Shown: positions 1 through 8,013 of the stretch, one piece after another | How the letters are laid out: every line of letters begins with the position of its first letter | Numbering within the stretch: position 1 is the first letter of the stretch | Source: a bacterium | GTDB lineage: Bacteria > Patescibacteriota > Gracilibacteria > BD1-5 > UBA2023 | Assembly: GCA_035437565.1 (NCBI GenBank) | Contig: DAOMYL010000012.1 | Location: forward strand, 1-28,300 | DNA: 28,300 bases | Direction: 5' to 3' | Notes under the pieces: model-generated | Told to the model about the DNA's origin: nothing | Databases searched by the model: none | What the model saw: the letters and a program-made list of their open reading frames with translations, nothing else | Translations under genes and position numbers: made by a program

Positions 1-144
1 GGATACGGAATTCTCAATTCCGCACTCTCTCTCTCGGGCGGACACCGTGCGAACATGCTCGGCTCCGATTGGACCACGGTCGGAATCGGTATCGCCCGCG
101 ATGGCGATCGGGCATACTATGTGCAGGTATTCGGGATGGAATAA
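1..144 (+). CDS. CAP/SCP (YkwD-like) domain protein, C-terminal fragment; 5' end lies outside the window
   Basis: Frame 1 is open from the window edge to TAA 142-144. It translates to GYGILNSALSLSGGHRANMLGSDWTTVGIGIARDGDRAYYVQVFGME. This resembles the C-terminal GHxxNxL...G(V/I)G...Y(W/Y)VQxF end of bacterial CAP/SCP domains. Confidence 0.55.
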   Translation, partial: GYGILNSALSLSGGHRANMLGSDWTTVGIGIARDGDRAYYVQVFGME

Positions 145-156
145 CCTTCCTCCCAT

Positions 157-729
157 ATGCGAATCCGAGTTGTTATGCTCGCCGTACTCATGTTCTTGCT
201 CGTTGCTGCGGCACTCGCACTGCCATTCGTCCTGCGTGCACCAGAATCAATTTTTCACACCTCTCCTATGCGAATTTCAAGCTCTGTGTTCGAACATGGA
301 TGACTGATTCCTGTACGCTATACCTGCGATGGAGAGAATATCTCTCCTCCCCTCTCGATCGCCGATGTGCCAGCGAATACCGTGTCGCTCGCACTCATCA
401 TGGATGATCCCGATGTCCCCACATCCGTCCGAGAGGACGGTCTCTGGGTTCACTGGGTCATCACAGATCTTGATGTAGCTCTCACGGAGATTCCCGCATC
501 CGTCGATCCAACGACACTGGGGAATCCCTGAGTGAACACTCGATGACTCCCGATCTATGGCGGTCCTTGCCCTCCTGATCGAGAGCACCGATACTTCTTC
601 CGACTCTACGCGCTCGATCGCCGACTCGATCTCTCGACCGGAGCAACGAAAGACCAGGTTGAAAAAGCTATGGACGGACATATAATCGCGGAAGCGACCC
701 TCATGGGTCGATATGACCGCCCGCGATAA
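157..729 (+). CDS. PEBP / YbhB-YbcL family (Raf-kinase-inhibitor-like) protein with N-terminal signal/TM segment; 3 UGA sense codons
   Basis: ATG 157, TAA 727-729, 191 codons. In-frame TGAs at 301-303, 529-531 and 544-546. The read-through product is MRIRVVMLAVLMFLLVAAALA..FEHG[G*]LIPVRYTCDGENISPPL..IMDDPDVP..LWVHWVITDL..GNP[G*]VNTR[G*]LPIYGGPCPPDREHRYFFRLYALD..ATLMGRY. It carries the PEBP signatures DPDxP, HW and GPxPPxxxHRYxF. The standard-code track shows only fragments. Confidence 0.8.
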
Positions 730-730
730 T

Positions 731-2095
731 ATGCAAAAAATTCATTTCATCGGTATCGGAGGTATCGGGACATCCGCTCTCGCACGATACTACCTCGCCA
801 CAGGATGGAGTGTCTCAGGATCAGATGCGTCCGATAGCTCGCTCCTACACGCGCTCGCCGATGAGGGAGTACGAGTTTTTCTTGGAGAGGACGCGAATAA
901 CCTCGATGATGATGCCGACCGTGTGGTATACAGCGAGGCGATCATTACCAAGCCCGATCTCTCAAAAGAAGAGAATCTCATGGCAAATCCCGAGCTTGCG
1001 AAAGCGCGGACGCTCGGGATAGAAAATCTCAGCTATCCGCACGCGCTCGCCGAACTCTTCAATGCAAAACAATTCGGAGTGGCAGTCACGGGGAGCCATG
1101 GAAAGTCTACGACCACCGCCATGCTCGGGACGATTTTATCAAGGACAGGGGGGTCGGCACTGGCGGGCACACTCGTTCCGGCATTCGGTGGACGAAATAT
1201 TTTGGTGGATTCTCACAGTGAAATATTCGCGATCGAGGCGTGCGAATATAAGCGGAGCTTTCTCGCGTATCACCCCACTATCACGGTTATTACCAATATC
1301 GATCTCGATCACCTCGATTACTACCGGGACCTCGAAGATTACATCAGTGCGTTTCGCTCTCTTTGCGCGCAGACTCGTGATTACGTTGTCATTGCCGCGA
1401 CGGATGCCCACTCTGCCAAGCTCGCTCAAGAGCTGCCAAATGCCGTGCGCGTATACGACTCATATTATAGTGTGCCGGATTTAGTGAGTGGGGATTTCCA
1501 GATGTTTTCGATCCCCGCACTCGACCTGCGCGTAAAAGGTGAGCATATGCTCGCGGACGCTCGCCTCGCCTACGTAACAGCGAGACTTCTCGGAATAGAG
1601 GAGTCGATTGTCGTGTCCGCTCTTGAATCATATTCGGGTTCGTGGCGGCGAGCAGAAATCGTGGGGACTACCGCGCAGGGAAATATCATCATGTCGGACT
1701 ACGGACACCATCCGAATGAAATCCGTCCCACACTCGCTGCAATCAAGGAGGCAAATCCAGAAAAAAAGCTCGTTGTGTGCTTCGAGCCGCACCAGTACTC
1801 GCGCACGATCGAGCTCCTGGATGGATTTCTCTCGAGCTTCGACGATGCGGATCTACTCATCATCCCGAGTATCTATTTCTCGCGTGATAAGCATGAAGAT
1901 GTAGAGGCAATGCCAGCAAAGCGGTTCGTCTCACTGCTCCAAGAAAAATATCCACACACCGTCTACGGCGAAGGGCTTGAGAATACCAGCACATGGCTCT
2001 CTCGGTATGATGAACAACATCCCGATACCTCTATCATACTCCTACTCGGAGCTGGGGCAGTCGACAGTCTGCGAGAGGGATTCGAGTACTGCTAA
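731..2095 (+). CDS. murC: UDP-N-acetylmuramate--L-alanine ligase
   Basis: The track ORF 713..2095 ends in TAA. The N-terminus MQKIHFIGIGGIGTSALARYYLATGWSVSGSD is the MurC-type GxGGxG fold. VTGSHGKSTTTAM is the Mur ligase P-loop, and NIDLDHLDYY plus a C-terminal Mur ligase domain follow. I prefer ATG 731, 1 nt after the PEBP stop, but ATG 713 is also possible. There is no internal TGA. Confidence 0.9.
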   Translation: MQKIHFIGIGGIGTSALARYYLATGWSVSGSDASDSSLLHALADEGVRVFLGEDANNLDDDADRVVYSEAIITKPDLSKEENLMANPELAKARTLGIENLSYPHALAELFNAKQFGVAVTGSHGKSTTTAMLGTILSRTGGSALAGTLVPAFGGRNILVDSHSEIFAIEACEYKRSFLAYHPTITVITNIDLDHLDYYRDLEDYISAFRSLCAQTRDYVVIAATDAHSAKLAQELPNAVRVYDSYYSVPDLVSGDFQMFSIPALDLRVKGEHMLADARLAYVTARLLGIEESIVVSALESYSGSWRRAEIVGTTAQGNIIMSDYGHHPNEIRPTLAAIKEANPEKKLVVCFEPHQYSRTIELLDGFLSSFDDADLLIIPSIYFSRDKHEDVEAMPAKRFVSLLQEKYPHTVYGEGLENTSTWLSRYDEQHPDTSIILLLGAGAVDSLREGFEYC

Positions 2096-2742
2096 AGATA
2101 TCGCTCGATCTCCCGTACTTCGGGCACGATGATAGTCGCGAGCCGCGCAATCTCGTCATGCAGATCGCGATCAATCGCGATCCCCCATGCAGCTTTTTCG
2201 AAAAGTGCGAGATCGTTTTCCCCGTTTCACACAACCAAGCAGGACTCCGCGGCGATACCGGTCTCATGCAGGTATTGTTCGAGTTGTTCGAGTTTCTTTG
2301 CGGATTGATCCGGATAATAGGTAAAATCGATCAGATTCCCGTTCGATCAGAAGATGAGTTCCGAATTCGCATACCAATGGGACACGCCGAGTCTCCGAGC
2401 CACAGATTCAACGTAGTGATCCATCGAACCGGATATGAGGCAGATCCGGTAACGATCTCATAAAGAGGCAATCATCGAGTCAACGCCATCGTCCAACGGG
2501 AACAAATCGAACATTTCGCGAAAGAGGTCTTTCCGGGCGTTGCCGGTCGCCCCCCAGAGAGCGACAAGCTCCGATTTTGCCTCGTTCAGATCCGTGATAC
2601 CTGCAATCATATCGCGATAGATTCGCTCATGCTCCGCAACGGACGCTCCGAGCTGTTCGGTCATCCGTAGCCACGAGACGCCGGGCGCGATCGTTCCGTC
2701 GATATCGAAAACGATCGTTTCGATCTGTTCTTTCGGAAGCAT
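2092..2742 (-). CDS. HAD-superfamily hydrolase, subfamily IB (phosphoserine-phosphatase-like); 3 UGA sense codons
   Basis: ATG 2742..2740, TAG 2094..2092, 217 codons. In-frame TGAs at 2458-2460, 2347-2349 and 2227-2229. Motif I is VFDIDGTIA, motif II is CLISGS, the Lys is in SAKKLEQL, and motif IV is LVV[G*]NGENDL. The track shows only the first 94 aa (2458..2742). The 3' end overlaps the murC stop by 4 nt (convergent). Confidence 0.8.
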
Positions 2743-2754
2743 AAAGAGTCTATG

Positions 2755-3441
2755 TTACGAGCGCAGGATACGCGCGGAGAGTGTTTCCATTCCGACATTC
2801 TTCCCGAGCGCGACCACTCCGGGATACGCCTCCACGTCGGAGAAGCTGAATCCTCGAAACTTCGCCCCCGGTCATCCGTAGATCGCTCATGCGATGGAAA
2901 AATCACCGTGCGCATCCCCGATAACCACGATATCCTCACTATCCGTATCGGGCGTATACACCTCAAATTTACTACCCGGAGCAAGTGTTGGAACCCCAGG
3001 AATCCATACGGGTTCGATCGGATTCGCAACAATCGAAATACTCTCATGCCTGGGGAGATCGTACTTCTGCCAAAATCATTCAATCAGCTCGGTAATACCA
3101 GAGCTGACAATTTGTATAGGAATGCCTCGACTAATGCAGGCATCAAGGAACTCGTGCAGTCATTCACGTGGAAGAAGCGTGCCCGCAGACTCGCAGATAT
3201 CCAGTACTTCTCGAACATGCTCTGTTACCTCGAATCGATGCATCAATGCAAGATGTTCGCCAAACCATCGACTCACTTCGGACCAGTTGCCCGCGGTCTC
3301 GTAGTGGTAATTGAGCTCGTACAGGCGATCGCGCTCGGTCATGTATTCGGCCGGGAACAATCAGGAATTGTAAAACGAGCTCCAGGTGCTCTTGGATGTC
3401 GGGGTCGTGAAGGTTTTGGAGAAATCAGCGATGATTTTCAT
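2755..3441 (-). CDS. HAD-superfamily hydrolase, pyrimidine 5'-nucleotidase (UMPH-1)-like; 5 UGA sense codons
   Basis: ATG 3441..3439, TAA 2757..2755, 229 codons. In-frame TGAs at 3361-3363, 3160-3162, 3076-3078, 2887-2889 and 2872-2874. The product is MKIIADFSKTFT..LPRE[G*]LHEFLDACISRGIPIQIVSSGITELIE[G*]FW..IVVIGDAHGDFSIA[G*]AIYG[G*]PGAKF... Its layout is a motif I-like DFxxT, a cap region, an (S)SG motif II and a GDxxxD motif IV. The track shows only a 66-aa piece (3160..3360). Confidence 0.6.
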
Positions 3442-3490
3442 GGCTCAAGAATGAGAAGGACGATATGGTTATCGTACTCCCGTTTCCCTA

Positions 3491-4069
3491 TTATGCAAGG
3501 CTCTTTCCGGTATGACCCAGTTCCCACTGCTTCTCAGGACGATCCGTGGAATCCGCGGCGAAGAGCGACACTCGCTCGAATAGATCGATTTGATCGAAAC
3601 GTTCCATCCATGTCCGTATCGCGTCCTCCGTGAGGTTTCTTCGTCTTTCGTAGGCGACAGGGTCGATGATGCGGAAGAGCGTGATATGCGCGACGAACGG
3701 GAGTCGATTCTCTCCCCAAGGGGTATAGGCTGGGAATCGTCCGCGCAAATCATCATTGGCACGAGCGCAATCACCCCTGTCCACAGGCGAGAGAAAGCAA
3801 ACCGTCGGAATATCGTCGCGGACAAAGTATCCGAATCCCGCAATGGCGATATTCCATCGAAGCGCGTTCTTCTCCAAAACAGCACGATACAGATCTTCGA
3901 GATCGTCGGAGATGTCCGCCGGGAGATAGAAGAGTGTGGCGTGTGGCAGGGTATCGTTCTGGAATTCGACGATATTGCTATCCGTCCCGAGAATGGATTC
4001 AAGTGTTCCAAAGAGATTCGTGAATCCATCGCTCTGGAGTTTTGCCGCGATGAAGTGTGACGTTGTCAT
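3491..4069 (-). CDS. 2H phosphoesterase family protein (LigT/ThpR-like RNA 2',3'-cyclic phosphodiesterase)
   Basis: Track ORF 3491..4069, 192 aa, TAA stop. Two H-x-T-x boxes (PHATLFYL and AHITLFRI) lie about 95 aa apart, which is the 2H-phosphoesterase hallmark. The start codon directly abuts the upstream U32 stop (TAAATG). Confidence 0.7.
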   Translation of the reverse strand: MTTSHFIAAKLQSDGFTNLFGTLESILGTDSNIVEFQNDTLPHATLFYLPADISDDLEDLYRAVLEKNALRWNIAIAGFGYFVRDDIPTVCFLSPVDRGDCARANDDLRGRFPAYTPWGENRLPFVAHITLFRIIDPVAYERRRNLTEDAIRTWMERFDQIDLFERVSLFAADSTDRPEKQWELGHTGKSLA

Positions 4070-5410
4070 TTAGTCGACTTTCGACTTGCTCACGTCTCGG
4101 GTCTTGCGCCGCAGGATCGCCCATGGTCCCGGATCGTGCGGTATATTGATCCACACATCCCATGCTCCTCCGTGCGCGGAAGGCTGCGGTGCATCGTCCT
4201 TGCTTGAGAGAATGGTATCGATATTGTATTCGAGGACTCCTTCCGGCATGACGATCTTCACGTGCTCGCCGAGATCGAAGCGATTCTTGACTTCCAGTCG
4301 AGCCATTCCGCGATTCACATCGTACTCGCGGATGATTCCCACGAAGTCTTCCTCGTGGTATTCGTCGTTCTTGTCGTAGTAGATGGATTTTTCTGCGAGG
4401 TTTCCGCGAATGAATCCGGGGGTGTATCCGCGATTCGAGATGGCGAAAATATCGGGCGAATACGCATCAAGATCCGGTACTCGTCCAGCCTCCAGGTCAT
4501 CGAGGGTCCGGCGGTAGGCCCGCCCTACTCCGGCGAGGTAGTTGATCGTCTTGGATCGCCCCTCGATCTTGAAGCTCACCACTCCGGCTTCGCGTAGGTC
4601 CTGCAGGCAGTCGAGCAGACACATATCGCGAGCGTTCATGATATACGTCCCGTATTCATCTTCGTCTACCGGCAGATACTGATCGGGGTGCATCTCTTCC
4701 GTGAGGAAGTACTCTCCCTTGAGCGGCTCGTAGTTTCCGGACTGAAGCGTCTCATCGTAGAGATCATCAGTATTGTTCTCCTGGTGGAACACCTTGTATT
4801 CCCACCGGCAGCTATGCGAGCAGACCCCCTGGTTCGGATCGCGGTTCGAGAGGTAATTGGAGAGCAGGCACCGTCCCGAATACGCCATACAGATTGCACC
4901 ATGCACGAAGAATTCTATCTCGACCTGCGGCACTTTTTCATGGATCTCGCGGATTTCTCGCAGCGACAGCTCGCGCGAGAGAATGACACGAGTGATTCCT
5001 ACCTGTTCGTGCCAGAATTTCACCTGGGCCCAGTTGGTGTTGTTCGCTTGCACGGATAGGTGGATTTCTGCGTCCGGGTACTGTTCGCGAACCATACCGA
5101 TAAGTCCGGGATCAGACATGATGTAGGCGTCTGGTTTGAGCGCGTACATTTTTTCAAACGCCTTCATGAACGGCGCGAGTTTCATATTGTGCGCGTAGAT
5201 GTTCGCGGTGAAGTAGATCTTTTTTCCGAGCTTGCGCGTATACTCCACGCCCTCAGCGAGAGATTCCCAGGTGAATTGGTTTTCGCGCGCGCGAAGCGAG
5301 AACATTGGCACGCCCGCATATACGGCATCTGCACCGTAGGCGAAGGCATATTTGAGTTTCTCGAGATTCCCCGCGGGAAACAATAGCTCGGTCTTTGGAA
5401 GATCTGACAT
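4070..5410 (-). CDS. Peptidase U32 family protein (Fe-S dependent RNA/quinone hydroxylase family: TrhP/RlhA/UbiU-UbiV relatives)
   Basis: Track ORF 4070..5410, 446 aa, TAA stop. The N-terminus ELLFPAGNLEKLKYAFAYGADAVYAG is typical of U32 proteins. A cysteine cluster ICMAYSGRC-x15-CSHSC follows. There is no internal TGA. Confidence 0.8.
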   Translation of the reverse strand: MSDLPKTELLFPAGNLEKLKYAFAYGADAVYAGVPMFSLRARENQFTWESLAEGVEYTRKLGKKIYFTANIYAHNMKLAPFMKAFEKMYALKPDAYIMSDPGLIGMVREQYPDAEIHLSVQANNTNWAQVKFWHEQVGITRVILSRELSLREIREIHEKVPQVEIEFFVHGAICMAYSGRCLLSNYLSNRDPNQGVCSHSCRWEYKVFHQENNTDDLYDETLQSGNYEPLKGEYFLTEEMHPDQYLPVDEDEYGTYIMNARDMCLLDCLQDLREAGVVSFKIEGRSKTINYLAGVGRAYRRTLDDLEAGRVPDLDAYSPDIFAISNRGYTPGFIRGNLAEKSIYYDKNDEYHEEDFVGIIREYDVNRGMARLEVKNRFDLGEHVKIVMPEGVLEYNIDTILSSKDDAPQPSAHGGAWDVWINIPHDPGPWAILRRKTRDVSKSKVD

Positions 5411-5417
5411 GCAATGA

Positions 5418-5465
5418 CTCCTTAAAAATGAAAGCAGATTATAGGGTCAAGGGGATTTTTTTCAA
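5418..5465 (-). promoter_or_regulatory. Putative sigma70-type promoter plus Shine-Dalgarno for the U32/2H/HAD operon
   Basis: Read on the - strand: TTGAAA (5465..5460), a 16-nt spacer, TATAAT (5443..5438), then AAGGAG (5423..5418) 7 nt before ATG 5410. This is a motif-level call only. Confidence 0.45.
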
Positions 5466-5483
5466 ACCTTTTCGGATTTATCC

Positions 5484-5493
5484 AAGGGAGGTG
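5484..5493 (+). promoter_or_regulatory. Shine-Dalgarno site for the MGMT-family gene
   Basis: AAGGGAGGTG ends 4 nt before ATG 5498. It is one of only two strong SD matches I could find in the window. Confidence 0.55.
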
Positions 5494-5497
5494 TATT

Positions 5498-5842
5498 ATG
5501 GAGGTCGATTCCTTTCTGTTTTTTATGTCGCTCGATCCCTCCCTCCGAATGCGGGTCCTCCAGGATCTCGCATCTCTCCCTACCGGATACGTGACGACCT
5601 ATTCCGCGCTCGGTCGGCGGCATGGTCTCCACCAACGGGCTATCGCCTCCATCATGCGCCACAACAAGGAACCGGACACCTACCCCTGCTACCGAGTCGT
5701 AGCGGCTGATGGGAGACTCTCGGGCTATGCTCTCGGATTACCGGAGAAGATACGGCGTCTTTCTGCCGATGGTATTATCATGAAAAGTGGCAGAGTGGAC
5801 GCTGGCAATATTTTGTCCGAATGGGAATGAAGGGACTTCTAA
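5498..5842 (+). CDS. MGMT-family (O6-alkylguanine-DNA alkyltransferase DNA-binding domain) small protein; UGA read through near the C-terminus
   Basis: ATG 5498. The track ORF stops at TGA 5828-5830, and under code 25 it runs 3 more codons (..SEWE[G*]RDF) to TAA 5840-5842. The core YVTTYSALG..YPCYRVVAADGRLSGYALG..KIRRLSADGI matches the C-terminal MGMT domain, with PCYRV in place of the canonical PCHRV. Confidence 0.7.
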
Positions 5843-6282
5843 CAATCTCCGTGATCTTCGGGGCTCTTGTCGCCGTATCGGTGTCTTTGCGGGGTATGAC
5901 ACTTCCGAATGAAGAGGTTTGTTTCGTGCCCGGCGGACCATGCTACCTTGTAGAAATCGCGAATGATCCGGGCGAGCGCGCCAGATGACTCATGGGGAGG
6001 ACATCGCTTGATCTCGATCGAGGTATGCTTTTCGTTTTCGAGACAGAAGAAGTCGCGAACTTCTGGATGCGCGATACGAGCATTCCCCTATATGCGGTAT
6101 GGATCGCTGGCGATGGTCGAGTCCTTGGTTCTACTGTCATGTCACCGTGTCCGGATGGGGCCATCGATTGTCCGAATTACCCCTCTCCCGCTCCGGTTCG
6201 TTGGGTCTTGGAGATACCGATCGGAGCAGTCGTGCCGGAGGCAGGGTCTGTCATGACCCTCTCAGGATCTGCCGGAGATTAG
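5821..6282 (+). CDS. DUF192 (COG1430) family protein with N-terminal signal/TM segment; 1 UGA sense codon
   Basis: ATG 5821 (or ATG 5827, which forms an ATGA overlap with the TGA of the upstream gene). TAG 6280-6282. In-frame TGA at 5986-5988. The product is MGMKGLLTISVIFGALVAVSV..YLVEIANDPGERAR[G*]LMGRTSLDLDRGMLFVFE..FWMRDTSIPLYAVWI. It carries the DUF192 GLM(x)R, GMLF and FWM(k/r)(n/d)T boxes. The track shows only 5992..6282. Confidence 0.8.
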
Positions 6283-7139
6283 CCGAGATCGTTTCTTAGT
6301 ACCCTGAGCATCTCGCCACGGGACTCCATGAGCGCGAGAATTCGTCCATCGAACGAGAGAAATACATTCACCCCTTCGGAAATACCCCAATGGTTTTCTA
6401 TTGGCATTCCATTGGAAAGCGGTGCCAGCACCGACTCTTCCGTCTCCAGGATCGGCATACCAGAGAAGACCTCCGGGAGTATGAGTTGTGCGAATCATTC
6501 GTCGGACGAAGACAGGCGATCCGCTTCGAACGGCCCAATCGCCATACGGTCGAGTCATGTAAGATAGCCGCGCACCCCCATGGCCTGACCAATATCATCC
6601 GCGAGCGTCCGAATATACGTACCCGATGATACCCGGGCTCGTAGGACGCATTCAGGAAACTCGTATCGAAGAATCTCAATGGAATAAATCTCCACTTCAC
6701 GAGAGGGCATAGCCACATCGTGTCACTTCCGAGCGAGCTCGTACGCCCGTTTTCCGTCTATCCAGATTGCGGAGAATACCGATGGAACTTGGGTGATTCT
6801 TCCGATAAATCGCTCGCGCAAAAGCGCATCGAGTTTCTCTCGGGAAAACTCGTTTCGAGCATGCTCGATCGCAGAAGGATCACACGACTCTGGTTCGGAT
6901 TCCAGATCTCCGGTTGCGGTCCATCCGTCAAACCGGATAGATGCCTCGTAGGTTTTATCGGTATGAGGAAGAAAAGAGAGGAGTCTCGTCGATCGGTCGG
7001 TTGCTACGAGCAAAAGGCCCTCGGCCAAAAGGTCGAGGGTACCGGCATGGCCGATTTTTTTGATGCCGCGATCTCGAGCAAATCGCCGGATGCATTCGAA
7101 GCTTGAGACCCCGCGCGGTTTATGGATGAGTGCGAACAT
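6279..7139 (-). CDS. truB: tRNA pseudouridine(55) synthase; 3 UGA sense codons
   Basis: ATG 7139..7137, TAA 6281..6279, 287 codons. In-frame TGAs at 6723-6725, 6555-6557 and 6495-6497. The product is MFALIHKPRGVSSFE..IGHAGTLDLLAEGLLLV (catalytic Asp box)..KRAYELARK[G*]HDVAMPSREVEIY..SSGTYIRTLADDIG... The track ORF 6723..7808 is this frame, artificially extended upstream through lepB. Confidence 0.88.
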
Positions 7140-7140
7140 G

Positions 7141-8013
7141 CTATGTCTCCGAAGTGACCGTCCCACTGGAAGCACTTTCGCTCTTGCCAGAGAGGAGGGC
7201 ATTGATCTCCGGATACTCCCAGGTGCTCGCTGTGGAGAAGAAGCGCGGTGCATGCAGCCAAGACCAAGAGCCGGGCATGATGTACGATCCGTCTTCAAAC
7301 ATATCGAAATGCCCGAGGTGGACGAATACCTTGCCAACGATATGGTCACGAGGAACATAGTGGCGAGCGTCCGAGGAAAAGCAGGAAAGGAAGCACGAGC
7401 GCGAGTCCGAAGAATTGCTCCGGTTATCGCCCATGAGAAAGTACTCCCCTTCCGGCACGACAAATGTATCGTTATCGGTTCCGGGAGGGAGGAAGGTTTT
7501 ATGATTGTTCTGCTCGGAGAGATAGGCTTCGTTGAGCAGCACCTCTGTCTCGAGTCCGGATGGTGTGAGATACACTTCTCCCCCTTCGAATCGAAGCTTG
7601 TCCCCAGGCAGGCCAATAACACGCTTGATATAAAATTCCTTGGCATCGTGTACGCCTGGATGGAATACAACGACATCTCCGCGATCTGGAGATCCGACAG
7701 AGACAATATCATCGAGGTGCAGGTAGGAGAATTTATCAGCGATAATGAATTCTCCGTCATGGTACGTGGTCTCCATGGAACTCCCGCGTATCTCGAACGG
7801 CGTAGCAATAAGGAATCGTACCGAGATAATGACTGTCACGATGACGACCAAATCACGAAGAAAAAGATTCACATCACGCAGGGAAATGCGGTTTGTGGAT
7901 TCGAAGGATCCTTCCGGCGCATCCGAACGGGATTCCTCGGAGGAGTGCACAAATCCGTCGTTCGAGTCCTTTTTCTCTTCTTCCATATCGGACGTGTTGG
8001 TTAGGAGTTTCAT
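7141..8013 (-). CDS. lepB: Signal peptidase I
   Basis: TAG 7143..7141. It has a TM segment [15 protein letters not shown], the Ser box GSSMETTY, the Lys box KRVIGLPGD, and [11 protein letters not shown]. The start is uncertain. ATG 8013 overlaps the secA tail, ATG 7986 (MEEEKK) is also possible, and the track start 8055 lies inside secA. Confidence 0.85.
   Translation of the reverse strand: MKLLTNTSDMEEEKKDSNDGFVHSSEESRSDAPEGSFESTNRISLRDVNLFLRDLVVIVTVIISVRFLIATPFEIRGSSMETTYHDGEFIIADKFSYLHLDDIVSVGSPDRGDVVVFHPGVHDAKEFYIKRVIGLPGDKLRFEGGEVYLTPSGLETEVLLNEAYLSEQNNHKTFLPPGTDNDTFVVPEGEYFLMGDNRSNSSDSRSCFLSCFSSDARHYVPRDHIVGKVFVHLGHFDMFEDGSYIMPGSWSWLHAPRFFSTASTWEYPEINALLSGKSESASSGTVTSET

Noticed and set aside
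2227-2229. UGA = Trp (translation table 4), or selenocysteine insertion
   Set aside because: The TGAs fall on family-conserved glycine positions such as the HAD GDGxND, DUF192 GLM, TruB ARxG and MoxR GRxYV boxes. Twenty-nine sites in 28 kb, none at a redox-Cys position, is incompatible with Sec. The DNA is also not AT-rich, unlike typical code-4 genomes.
6723-7808. The 361-aa track ORF that appears to give truB a long N-terminal extension
   Set aside because: Only the last 138 residues (from ATG 7139) look like TruB. The upstream part runs through lepB in a different frame and has no TruB similarity.
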